Of a DNA stretch of 64,000 nt, positions 1 to 11,408 are shown in pieces. The notes under the pieces are model-generated. The model ran no database searches, had not been told where the DNA came from, and saw only the letters and a program-made list of their open reading frames with translations. Every line of letters begins with the position of its first letter. Positions within the stretch are counted from its first letter, which is position 1. The position numbers and the translations under genes were made by a program. This DNA comes from Squalus acanthias. Its lineage: Eukaryota. The stretch covers positions 124,001 through 188,000 of the forward strand of contig JASTWF010000324.1 of assembly GCA_030390025.1 (NCBI GenBank). The letters run 5' to 3'.

Positions 1-3000
1 ACAGACCCACGTCCCAGCACTGTGTGGGGGAATCGTAGGTACAGACCCACATCCCATCGCTGTGTGGGGGAATCGCAGGAACAGACCCACATCCCATCGC
101 TGTGTGGGGGAATCGCAGGTACAGACCCACATCCCATCGCTGTGTGGGGGAATCGTAGGTACAGACCCACATCCCATCGCTGTGTGGGGGAATCGCAGGA
201 ACAGACCCACGTCCCAGCACTGTGTGGGGGAATCGCAGGTACAGACCCACGTCCCAGCACTGTGTGGGGGAATCGCAGGAACAGACCCACGTCCCAGCAC
301 TGTGTGGGGGAATCGCAGGAACAGACTCACGTCCCAGCACTGTGTGGGGGAATCGCAGGTACAGACCCACGTCCCAGCACTGTGTGGGGGAATCGCAGGA
401 ACAGACTCACGTCCCAGCACTGTGTGGGGGAATCACAGGTACAGACCCACGTCCCATCGCTGTGGGGGAATCGCAGGTACAGACCCACGTCCCATCACTA
501 TGTGGGGGAATCGCAGGAACAGACTCACGTCCCAGCACTGTGTGGGGGAATCGCAGGAACAGACTCACGTCCCAGCACTGTGTGGGGGAATCGCAGGTAC
601 AGACCCACGTCCCAGCACTGTGTGGGGGAATCGCAGGAACAGACTCACGTCCCAGCACTGTGTGGGGGAATCACAGGTACAGACCCACGTCCCATCGCTG
701 TGGGGGAATCGCAGGTACAGACCCACGTCCCATCACTATGTGGGGGAATCGCAGGAACAGACTCACGTCCCAGCACTGTGTGGGGGAATCACAGGTACAG
801 ACCCACGTCCCATCACTATGTGGGGGAATCGCAGGTACAGACCCACGTCCCATCACTATGTGGGGGAATCGCAGGAACAGACTCACGTCCCAGCACTGTG
901 TGGGGGAATCGCAGGTACAGACCCACGTCCCATCACTATGTGGGGGAATCGCAGGTACAGACCAACGTCCCATCACTGTGTGGGGGAATCGCAGGTACAG
1001 ACCCACGTCCCATCACTATGTGGGGGAATTGCAGGTACAGACCCACGTCCCAGCACTGTGTGGGGGAATCGCAGGTACAGACCAACCTCCCAGCACTGTG
1101 TGGGGGAATCACAGGAACAGACCCACGTCCCATCACTGTGTGGGGGAATCGCAGGAACAGACTCACGTCCCAGCACTGTGTAGGGGAATCGCAGGTACAG
1201 ACCAACCTCCCAGCACTGTGTGGGGGAATCGCAGGTACAGACCCACGTCCCATCACTATGTGGGGGAATCGCAGGAACAGACCCACGTCCCATCACTGTG
1301 TGGGGGAATCGCAGGTACAGACCCACGTCCCAGCACTGTGTAGGGGAATCGCAGGTACAGACCCACGTCCCATCACTATGTGGGGGAATCGCAGGTACAG
1401 ACCCACGTCCCATCACTATGTGGGGGAATCGCAGGAACAGACCCACGTCCCAGCACTGTGTGGGGGAATCGCAGGTACAGACCCACGTCCCAGCACTGTG
1501 TGGGGGAATCGCAGGAACAGACCCACGTCCCAGCACTGTGTGGGGGAATCGCAGGAACAGACCCACGTCCCAGCACTGTGTGGGGGAATCGCAGGTACAG
1601 ACCCACGTCCCAGCACTGTGTGGGGGAATCGCAGGTACAGACCCACGTCCCATCACTATGTGGGGGAATCGCAGGTACAGACCCACGTCCCAGCACTGTG
1701 TGGGGGAATCGCAGGAACAGACCCACGTCCCAGCACTGTGTGGGGGAATCGCAGGAACAGACCCACGTCCCAGCACTGTGTGGGGGAATCGCAGGTACAG
1801 ACCCACGTCCCATCACTATGTGGGGGAATCGCAGGTACAGACCCACGTCCCAGCACTGTGTGGGGGAATCGCAGGTACAGACCAACCTCCCAGCACTGTG
1901 TGGGGGAATCACAGGAACAGACCCACGTCCCATCACTGTGTGGGGGAATCGCAGGAACAGACTCACGTCCCAGCACTGTGTAGGGGAATCGCAGGTACAG
2001 ACCAACCTCCCAGCACTGTGTGGGGGAATCGCAGGTACAGACCCACGTCCCATCACTATGTGGGGGAATCGCAGGAACAGACCCACGTCCCATCACTGTG
2101 TGGGGGAATCGCAGGTACAGACCCACGTCCCAGCACTGTGTAGGGGAATCGCAGGTACAGACCCACGTCCCATCACTATGTGGGGGAATCGCAGGTACAG
2201 ACCCACGTCCCATCGCTGTGTAGGGGAATCGCAGGAACAGACCCACGTCCCATCACTATGTGGGGGAATCGCAGGTACAGACCCACGTCCCATCACTATG
2301 TGGGGGAATCGCAGGAACAGACCCACGTCCCAGCACTGTGTGGGGGAATCGCAGGTACAGACCCACGTCCCATCACTATGTGGGGGAATCGCAGGTACAG
2401 ACCCACGTCCCAGCACTGTGTAGGGGAATCGCAGGAACAGACCCACGTCCCATCGCTGTGTGGGAATCGCAGGAACAGACCCACGTCCCATCGCTGTGTA
2501 GGGGAATCGCAGGTACAGACCCACGTCCCAGCACTGTGTAGGGGAATCGCAGGTACAGACCCACGTCCCAGCACTGTGTAGGGGAATCGCAGGAACAGAC
2601 CCACGTCCCATCGCTGTGTGGGAATCGCAGGAACAGACCCACGTCCCATCGCTGTGTAGGGGAATCGCAGGTACAGACCCACGTCCCAGCACTGTGTAGG
2701 GGAATCGCAGGAACAGACCCACGTCCCAGCACTGTGTGGGGGAATCGCAGGTACAGACCCACGTCCCATCACTATGTGGGGGAATCGCAGGTACAGACCC
2801 ACGTCCCATCGCTGTGTAGGGGAATCGCAGGTACAGACCCACGTCCCAGCACTGTGTAGGGGAATCGCAGGTACAGACCCACGTCCCAGCACTGTGTAGG
2901 GGAATCGCAGGTACAGACCCGTGACACATCACTATGTGGGGGAATCGCAGGTACAGACCCACGTCCCAGCACTGTGTAGGGGAATCGCAGGTACAGACCC

Positions 3001-3425
3001 ACGTCCCAGCACTGTGTAGGGGAATCGCAGGTACAGACCCGTGACACATCACTATGTGGGGGAATCGCAGGTACAGACCCACGTCCCATCGCTGTGTAGG
3101 GGAATCGCAGGTACAGACCCACGTCCCAGCACTGTGTAGGGGAATCGCAGGTACAGACCCGTGACACATCACTATGTGGGGGAATCGCAGGTACAGACCC
3201 ACGTCCCATCACTGTGGGGGAATCGCAGGTACAGACCCACGTCCCAGCACTGTGTGGGGGAATCGCAGGTACAGACCCGTGACACATCACTATGTGGGGG
3301 AATCGCAGGTACAGACCCACGTCCCATCACTGTGGGGGAATCGCAGGTACAGACCCACGTCCCAGCACTGTGTGGGGGAATCGCAGGTACAGACCCACGT
3401 CCCATCACTGTGTCGGGGAATCGCT
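1..3425. repeat. 40-bp minisatellite array (~85 units), truncated by window start
   Basis: Tandem unit ACAGACCCACGTCCCAGCACTGTGTGGGGGAATCGCAGGT with recurrent variants and occasional 38-bp units; decays at ~3425. Confidence 0.98.
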
Positions 3426-4359
3426 GGTGTGAATGTACATCCCATTGCTTTGTGCTGCAGCCTGTTGGAACATTGATGACTGGCCCCTGAAATGGATACT
3501 GATTGGGATTGTAAGCTCAGACATAAAGCTAGTTAAGGTACACTAGAGTGACATATTTTTCCCCAATACATTAAGCAGGCCTGGTGACATTACAAAGGGT
3601 TGTAAAACCACCGTTGCAGTTGATGTAAAAAATTCAACTGTTAGAAATCTCAATGAACTTTCAGCATCTCTGACAAATGTACAATCAAGGTAGCAGTGGG
3701 AAAATCTGTACCAATATAGAGCATCAAATGGTCTTTTGCTGCCTTCTCCTTCCCCGCTCTGGTGTCTAGATGTTTTCTGCTGTCAGTTGATCGCGGACAG
3801 GATCACCCTAGTGTGAAGGATCTGCAGTGTTTTTCCAGCTAATAATTCTGTAATTCTAACCATTCGTCTGAATTTCCAGACTCCATTCACACTTCTCCGC
3901 AGACAGCTGTCTTGAGTCGCTGAGCTACCAGACGTGGGAGAGTGGGTTGTAGTAAAAACCAACCATCCTCCGATGTAATAGAATTTCAACATGCACCTTG
4001 TCCGCACAGACAGGTGTTTGTAGGGAGGGAGGTTTGCAGTAATAGCAAGCGCAGGAAGCTTGCCGCTCATGCAAAACCCCACGCAGGGAGCATGTGTCGA
4101 TGCTGGAATGCATTCATCGGTCCAGTGGAGCAGTCGCACTTCTCACACTGCCTGGTGCGCTGCCAAGTGAGCAGGTCACAGTCGAGCAGAGCGGTGTTCG
4201 TTTAGAGCTCCGCTATATAACGGAGGGTTCCTCAGGAGCAGGAGACACATGTGCATCAGATGTGTAGACAGCTGTCTACAGCGAGGAGTGGAACAGTTTC
4301 TGGTTTAAACTCAGACAAGGGACCAACTATGACAGAATTAGTGAGTAGAGCGGGAATGT

Positions 4360-4708
4360 TGTGATGTTACTGGACTTGTAATCCAGAGAACGCAAGTTCA
4401 AATCCCACCACGGCAGCTTGAGAATTTGAATTCGGTTTTTAAAAATCTGGAAGTAAAAAGTTGCTGTCAGTAAAAGTGACCATGAAGCAGTCGTAAAAAC
4501 CCATCTGGTTCATTAATGTCCCTTCAGGGAAGGAAACCTGCCGTCCTTACCCGGTCTGGGCCTGTATGTGACGCCAGTCCCTCACCAACGTGGTTGACTC
4601 TTAAATGCCCTCTGAAGTGGCCCAGCAGGGCACTCAGTTGTATCAATAGAGATGGGCAATAAATGCCAGCCTCGCCAGCGACACCCACATCCCGAGAATG
4701 AATAAAAC
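4360..4708 (+). mobile_element. tRNA-derived SINE (Meta-domain-like) with CR1-type 3' tail
   Basis: B-box-like GTTCAAATCC head; core GAAGGAAACCTGCCGTCCTTACCCGGTCTGG; tail GATGGGCAATAAATGC...CCCACATCCC shared with the LINE end at ~8820-8870; second copy inverted at 43120-43520. Confidence 0.7.
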
Positions 4709-4949
4709 AATCTCAGTATTGCGACTCGGATTTTAGTAAAAGACGTGAAATTCTCAAGCGAACTCCACCTGAACCGTAAAAAATACGCAGCCATACAATT
4801 ATAGATTTTGTCCTTCAAAACATGGATGGCGTCCAGAGGGAGAGAATTCTGAACTGTGTAACATTGGAGCCAAGTATTGGTAGTTAGTGGTCTGTGAGTG
4901 CATATCACACAACGCTAAAGTGCATATTAAGCATAATAAGTGCGTTGAA

Positions 4950-5140
4950 AAAGAACGACTTGCATTTCTATAGCGTCTTTCACGACCACAAGCGCTTTAC
5001 AGCCAAATGAAGTATTTTTGAAGTGTAGTCACTGTTGAACTGTAGGAAACACGGCAGCCAATTTGCACACAGCAAGCTCACACAAACAGCAATGTTATAT
5101 TGACCAGATCATCTTTTTTAGTGATGTTGGTTGAGGGGAA
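4950..5140 (-). mobile_element. DeuSINE (SacSINE1-like) 3' fragment
   Basis: Reverse complement of the 3' part of the full copy at 33958-34400. Confidence 0.75.
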
Positions 5141-5335
5141 AAGACGTCTTACTGCAATTATATAGGGCCCTGGTGAGACCACACCTGGAGTATTGTGCAC
5201 AGTTTTGGTCTCCTTACCTAAGGAAGGATATACTTGCCACAGAGGGAGTGCAACAAAGGTTCACCAGACTGGTTCCTGGGATGGGGGGATTGTCCGATGA
5301 GGAGAGATTGAGTAGACTAGGCCTATATTCTCTAG

Positions 5336-5937
5336 TAGCCATGATGCGGAGATGTCGGTGTTGGACTGGGGTGGACAAAAGTGAGAAGTCGCACAACACC
5401 AGGTTATAGTCCAACAGCTTTATTTGAAATCACAAGCTTTCGCACTTAAGTTCCGCACCCATGAGGACGGCCTCAACCGGGATCTTGGGTTCATGTCACG
5501 CTACATGTAACCCCACCTGACGTAGAGCCATCCAGACTCGAGTCGTCGTTGGCTTGTTCTCTCTACACAGATGCGGCCGGACCTGCTGTGATTTCCAGCA
5601 AAAAAAAGTAAAAAGTTTTTTGTTTTCCATACAGACCCCAGCATCTGCCACATTTGACCCCCTGTGACCCCACCTCATTGTCTTTGATGTAATGTCTTCC
5701 TGACTGACCTGTCTGGACACCATCCACACCTTTGATTGCCGTGATTGTCTCTCTGCCGAGGTGTGATAAAGGGCAGTTAGAAAGATTAACTGTAGTCATC
5801 TGGCAGTGTTCTCTGACTATATATGCTGTGCCCATATGCATTTCTTCACTTCACCTGACGAAGGAGCAGTGCTCCGAAAGCTTGTGATTTCAAATAAAGC
5901 TGTTGGACTATAACCTGGTGTTGTGCGACTTCTCACT
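5336..5937 (+). mobile_element. Penelope-like element (5'-truncated, inverted pseudo-LTR)
   Basis: 12-bp TSD TATATTCTCTAG at 5324-5335 and 5938-5949; ~62-bp inverted repeat 5381-5442 vs 5876-5937; ORF end KFRTHEDGLNRDLGFMSRYM* resembling Penelope GIY-YIG C-termini. Confidence 0.85.
5851..5887 (+). ncRNA. Minimal type I hammerhead ribozyme motif in Penelope pLTR
   Basis: UCAC-CUGACGA-A-GGAGC-AGU-GCUCC-GAAA-GC-UU-GUGA: stem I UCAC/GUGA, intact core boxes, 5-bp stem II, palindromic loopless stem III (AAGCUU). Confidence 0.75.
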
Positions 5938-6354
5938 TATATTCTCTAGAGTTTAGAAGAATGAGAGGTGATCTCATTGAAACATATAAAATTCTTACAG
6001 GGCTTGACAGGGTAGATGCAGGGAGGATGTTTCCCCTGGCTGGGGAGTCTAGAACCAGGGGTCACAGTCTCAGAATAAGGGGTCGGCCATTTAGGACTGA
6101 GATGAGGAGAAATTTCTTCACTCAGAGGGTGGTGAAATTTTGGAATTCTCTACCCCAGGGGGCTGTGGAGGCTCAGTCATTGAGTATATTCAAGACAGAG
6201 ATCGATAGATTTTTGAATATTAAGGGGATCAAGGGATATGGGGATAGTGCAGGAAAGTGGAGATGAGATAGATGATCAGCCATGATCTTACTGAATGGCG
6301 GAGCAGGCTCAAAGGGCCAAATGGCCGACTCCTGCTCCTATTTCTTATGTTCTT

Positions 6355-6975
6355 AACGTAGTAAAACATCCCAAGGCGTTTCACAGGAGTATTAAAAGAC
6401 AAAAAATGTGATACCGTGCCACATAAGGAGATATTAGATAAGGTGACCAAAAGCTTGGTCAAAGAGGTAGGTTTTAAGGAGCGTCTTAAAGAAGGAAAGA
6501 GAGGTAGCAAGGCGGAGAGGTTTAGGCAGGGAATTCCAGAGCTTAGGGCCCAGGCAACAGAAGGCACGGCCACCGAATGTTGAGCGATTACAATCAGGGA
6601 TGCTCAGGAGGGCAGAATTAGAGGAGCGCAGATATCTCTGGGGGTTGTGGGGCTGGAGGAGATTACAGAGAAAGGGAGGGGTGAGGCCACGGAGGGATTT
6701 GAAAATAAGGATGAGAATTTTGAAATCGAGGTGTTGCTTAAATCGGGAGCCAATGTAGGTCAGTGAGCACAGGGGGTGATGAGCGAACGGGGCTTGGTAC
6801 AAGTTAGGACACGGGCAGCCGAGTTTTAGATGACCTCAAGTTTATGTAGGGTAGAATGTGGGAGGCCAGCCAGGAGTGCGTTGGAATAGTCAAGTCGAGA
6901 GGTAACAAAGGCATGGATGAGGGTTTCAGCAGTGGATGAGCTGAGGCAAGGGCGGAGACGGGCGACGTTACGGAG
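6355..6975 (-). mobile_element. L2/CR1-group LINE 3' fragment
   Basis: FKILILIFKSLRGL...GRAFCCLGPKLWNSLP...FKTLLKTYLF; same family at 11145, 17520, 51355, 52187. Confidence 0.85.
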
Positions 6976-7028
6976 AGGGCAGACAGGGCCTTGGTTTAAT
7001 ATCTCATCAAAAGGACGAGACCTCTAGC

Positions 7029-7715
7029 AGTGCAGCGCTCCGTCAGTGCTGCCCCTCCAACACGCCCTCAATACTGCCCCTCCGACAGTGCAGCACTCCC
7101 TCAGTACTGCCCCTCCGACAGTGCAGCACTCCCTCAGTACTGCCCCTCCGACAGTGCAGCACTCCCTCAGTACTGCCCCTCCGACAGTGCAGCACTCCCT
7201 CAGTACTGCCCCTCCGACAGTGTGGCGCTCCCTCAGTACTGACCCTCCGACAGTGCAGCGCTCCCTCAGTACTGCCCCTCCGACAGTGCAGCACTCCCTC
7301 AGTACTGCCCCTCCGACAGTGCAGCACTCCCTCAGTACTGCCCCTCCGACAGTACGGCACTCCCTCAGTACTGCCCCTCCGACAGTGCGGCGCTCCCTCA
7401 GTACTGCCCCTCCGACAGTGCAGCACTCCCTCAGTACTGCCCCTCCGACAGTACGGCACTCCCTCAGTACTGCCCCTCCGACAGTGCAGCACTCCCTCAG
7501 TACTGCCCCTCCGACAGTGCAGCACTCCCTCAGTACTGCCCCTCCGACAGTACGGCACTCCCTCAGTACTGCCCCTCCGACAGTGCGGCGCTCCCTCAGT
7601 ACTGCCCCTCCGACAGTGCAGCACTCCCTCAGTACTGCCCCTCCGACAGTACGGCACTCCCTCAGTACTGCCCCTCCGACAGTGCAGCACGCCCTCAGTA
7701 CTGCCCCTCCGACAG
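7029..7715. repeat. 33-bp minisatellite, left block (~21 units)
   Basis: Unit CAGTGCAGCRCTCCCTCAGTACTGCCCCTCCGA. Confidence 0.97.
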
Positions 7716-8878
7716 TTTGAGGTGAGGTGAAAGTGACTGCCCTTGACATCAGGCAGCATTTGACCAAGTGTGGCATCAAGGAACCCTAGTAAAACTGAAG
7801 TCAAAGGGAATCGGGTGAAAACTTTCCACTGGTTGGAGACATACCTAGCACAAAGGAAGATGGTTGTGGTGGTTGCAGGTCAATCATCACAGCAGGAGTT
7901 CCTCAGGGCAGTGTCCTAGGCACAACCATCTTCAGCTGCTTCATCAATGACCTTCCCTCCATCAAAAGATCAGAAGTGGGGATGTTCGTTGATGATTGCA
8001 CAGTGTTCAGCGCCATTCACAACCTCTCAGATAATGAAGCAGTCCACGCCCGCTTACAACAAGACCTGGACGACGTTCACGCCTGGGCTGATAAGTAGCA
8101 GGTAACATTCGCGCCACAGAAGTGCCAGGCAATGACCATCTCCAACAAGCAAGCGTCTAACCACCGCCCCTTGACATTCAACGGCATTACCAACACCGAT
8201 TCCCCCACCATCAATATCCTGGAGGTCACCATTGACCAGAAACTTAACTGGATCAGCCACATAAATACTGTGGCAATAAGAGCAGGTCAGAGGCTGGGTA
8301 TTCTGCGGTGAGTGTCTCACCTCCTGACTCCCCAAAGCCTTTCCACCATCTACAAGGCACAAGTCAGGAGTGTGATAGAATACTCTCCACTTGCCTGGAT
8401 GAGTGCAGCTCCAACACTCAAGAAGCTCGACACCATCCAGGACGAAGCAGCCCGCTTGATTGACACCCCATCCACCACCTTAAACATTGACTCCCTCCAC
8501 CACCTGCATACCGTGACTGCAGTGTGTACCATCTACAAGATGCACTGCAGCAACTCGCCAAGGCTTCTTCGGCAACACCTCCCAAACCCGCGACCTCTTT
8601 TCACCTAGAAAAACAAGGGCAGCAGGCGCTTGGGAACACCACCATCTCCAAGTTCCCCAAGTCACACACCATCCTGACATGGAAGGATATCGCCGTTCCT
8701 TCATCGTCGCTGGGTCAAAATCCTGGAACTCCCTACCTAACAGCTCTGTGGGAGCACCTTCACCACACGGAATGCAGCGGTTCAAGACGACGGCTCACCA
8801 CCACCTTCTGAAGGGCAATTAGGGATGGGCAATAAATGCTGGCCTTGCCAGCGATGCCCACATACCATGAACGTAAAT
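7716..8878 (+). mobile_element. CR1-clade LINE, 5'-truncated, inserted into the minisatellite
   Basis: Disrupted RT motifs (ALDI..AFDQVWH, GVPQGSVLG, MFVDD), IYKAQVRSVIEYSPLAW, 3' tail GGGCAATTAGGGATGGGCAATAAATGC. Confidence 0.88.
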
Positions 8879-10997
8879 GTGCAGCGCTCCCTCAGTACTG
8901 CCCCTCCGACAGTGGAGCACTCCTTCAGTACTGCCCCTCCTACAATGCAGCGCTCCCTCAGTACTGCCCCTCCGACAGTGCAGCGCTCTCTCAGTACTGC
9001 CCCTCCGACAGTGCAGCGCTCCCTCAGTACTGCTCCTCCGACAGTGCAGCGCTCCCTCAGTACTGCCCCTGTGACAGTGCAGCACTCTCTCAGTACTGCC
9101 CCTCCGACAGTGCAGTGCTCCCTCAGTACTGCCCCTCCGACAGTGCGGCACTCCCTCAGTACTGCTCCTCCGACAGTGCGGCGCTCCCTCAGTACTGCCC
9201 CTCCGACACTCCCTCAGTACTGCCCCTCCGACAGTGCAGTGCTCCCTCAGTACTGCCCCTCCGACAGTGCAGCACTCCCTCAGTACTGCCCCTCCGACAG
9301 TGCAGCACTCCCTCAGTACTGCCCCTCCGACAGTGCGGTGCTCCCTCAGTACTGCCCCTCCAACAGTGCGGTGCTCCCTCAGTACTGCCCCTCCAACAGT
9401 GCAGCACTCCCTCAGTACTGCCCCTCCGACACTCCCTCAGTACTGCCCCTCCGACAGTGCAGCGCTCCCTCAGTACTGACCCTCCAACAGTGCGGCATTC
9501 CCTCAGTACTGCCCCTCCAACAGTGCGGCATTCCCTCAGTACTGCCCCTCCGACAGTGCGGCGCTCCCTCAGTACTGCCCCTCCGACAGTGCGGCACTCC
9601 CTCAGTACTGCCCCTCCGACAGTGCAGCACTCCCTCAGTACTGACCCTCCAACAGTGCGGCATTCCCTCAGTACTGCCCCTCCGACAGTGCGGCATTCCC
9701 TCAGTACTGCCCCTCCGACAGTGCGGCGCTCCCTCAGTACTGACCCTCCGACAGTGCGGCGCTCCCTCAGTACTGCCCCTCCGACAGTGCGGCACTCCCT
9801 CAGTACTGCCCCTCCGACAGTGCGGCGCTCCCTCAGTACTGACCCTCCGACAGTGCAGCGCTCCCTCAGTACTGCCCCTCCGACAGTACATCACTCCCTC
9901 AGTACTGACCCTCCGACAGTGCGGCGCTCCCTCAGTACTGCCCCTCCGACAGTGCAGCGCTCCCTCAGTACTGCCCCTCCGACAGTGCAGCGCTCCCTCA
10001 GTACTGCCCCTCCGACAGTGCAGCGCTCCCTCAGTACTGCCCCTCCGACAGTGCAGCGCTCCCTCAGTACTGCCCCTCCGACAGTGCAGCGCTCCCTCAG
10101 TACTGCCCCTCCGACAGTGCAGCGCTCCCTCAGTACTGCCCCTCCGACAGTGCAGCACTCCCTCAGTACTGACCCTCCGACAGTGCAGCGCTCCCTCAGT
10201 ACTGCCCCTCCTACAGTGCAGCGCTCCCTCAGTACTGCCCCTCCGACAGTGCAGCGCTCCCTCAGTACTGCCCCTCCGACAGTGCAGCGCTCCCTCAGTA
10301 CTGCCCCTCCGACAGTGCAGCGCTCCCTCAGTACTGCCCCTCCGACAGTGCAGCGCTCCCTCAGTACTGCCCCTCCGACAGTGCAGCGCTCCCTCAGTAC
10401 TGCCCCTCCGACAGTGCAGCGCTCCCTCAGTACTGCCCCTCCGACAGTGCAGCACTCCCTCAGTACTGACCCTCCGACAGTGCAGCACTCCCTCAGTACA
10501 GCCCCTCCGACAGTGCAGCGCTCCCTCAGTACTGCCCCTCTGACAGTGCAGCGCTCCCTCAGTACTGACCCTCCGACAGTGCAGCACTCCCTCAGTACAG
10601 CCCCTCCGACAGTGCAGCGCTCCCTCAGTACTGCCCCTCCGACAGTGCGGCGCTCCCTCAGTACTGACCCTCCGACAGTGCGGCGCTCCCTCAGTACTGC
10701 CCCTCCGACAGTGCGGCGCTCCCTCAGTACTGCCCCTCCAACAGTGCAGCACTCCCTCAGTACTGACCCTCCGACAGTGCAGCACTCCCTCAGTACAGCC
10801 CCTCCGACAGTGCAGCGCTCCCTCAGTACTGCCCCTCTGACAGTGCAGCGCTCCCTCAGTACTGCCCCTCCGACAGTGCAGCGCTCCCTCAGTACTGCCC
10901 CTCTGACGGTGCAGCGCTCCCTCTGTACTGACCCTCCGACAGTGCCGCGCTCCCTCAGTACTGCCCCTCCGACAGTGCGGCACTCCCTCAGTACTGC
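8879..10997. repeat. 33-bp minisatellite, right block (~64 units)
   Basis: Same unit as 7029-7715 with two shortened units. Confidence 0.97.
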
Positions 10998-11144
10998 ACT
11001 GGAGTGTCAGCCTAGATTATGTGCTCAAGTCTCTGGAGCGAGACTCAATTCCACAACCTACTGAAGTGTGAAGCTTCTCAGATATGTGACTCATGAGCCT
11101 ACAGATATCTGTACATTAAAGCTAGGAGCTGACCAGTCTCAGAT

Positions 11145-11408
11145 AGGGAGGAGCGAGGACATGGAGGGATTTGAAAACAAGGATGAGAATTTTTAAATCG
11201 AGGCGTTGCCGGACCGGGAGCCAACGTAAGTCAGCAAGCACAGGGGTGACGGGTGAACGTGACTCGGTGCGAGTTAGGACACAGACAGCAGAGTTTTGGA
11301 TGAGCTCAAGTTCATGTAGGGTGGAAGATGGGAGGCCAGCCAGGAGAGCACTGGAATAGTTGATTCTAAAGGTAACAAAGCATGGATGAGGATTTCAGCA
11401 GCAGATGA
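11145..11408 (-). mobile_element. L2/CR1-group LINE fragment
   Basis: Similar to 6670-6940. Confidence 0.8.

Larger units (their letters stand above)
5141..6352 (+). mobile_element. CR1 LINE 3' fragment interrupted by a Penelope-like insertion
   Basis: LYRALVRPHLEYCAQFWSP... continues after the insertion as RMRGDLIETYKIL...FFTQRVV (CR1 ORF2 C-terminus), then CR1 3' UTR. Confidence 0.9.
6978..11060 (-). mobile_element. DeuSINE copy whose core has expanded into a 33-bp minisatellite
   Basis: SINE sequence enters at ~6978-7028 and resumes at ~10998-11060, collinear with the reverse complement of the SINE at 33958-34400. Confidence 0.8.

Noticed and set aside
1..3425. Long ORFs (up to 653 aa) and CRISPR-like periodicity
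   Set aside because: Head-to-tail 40-bp units with no unique spacers and no cas genes; ORFs are the same peptide cycling through all frames
3783..4290. ORFs 3783..4139 and neighbours as further beta-TrCP exons (STGPMNAFQ faintly like BTRC GTGALTAFQ); TATATAA at ~4214
   Set aside because: No donor after the similar peptide, no other recognisable beta-TrCP motif; similarity too short
7024..11064. Mucin-like or Cys-rich ORFs of 500-740 aa
   Set aside because: 33-bp unit equals 11 codons and lacks stops in several frames; unit derives from a SINE
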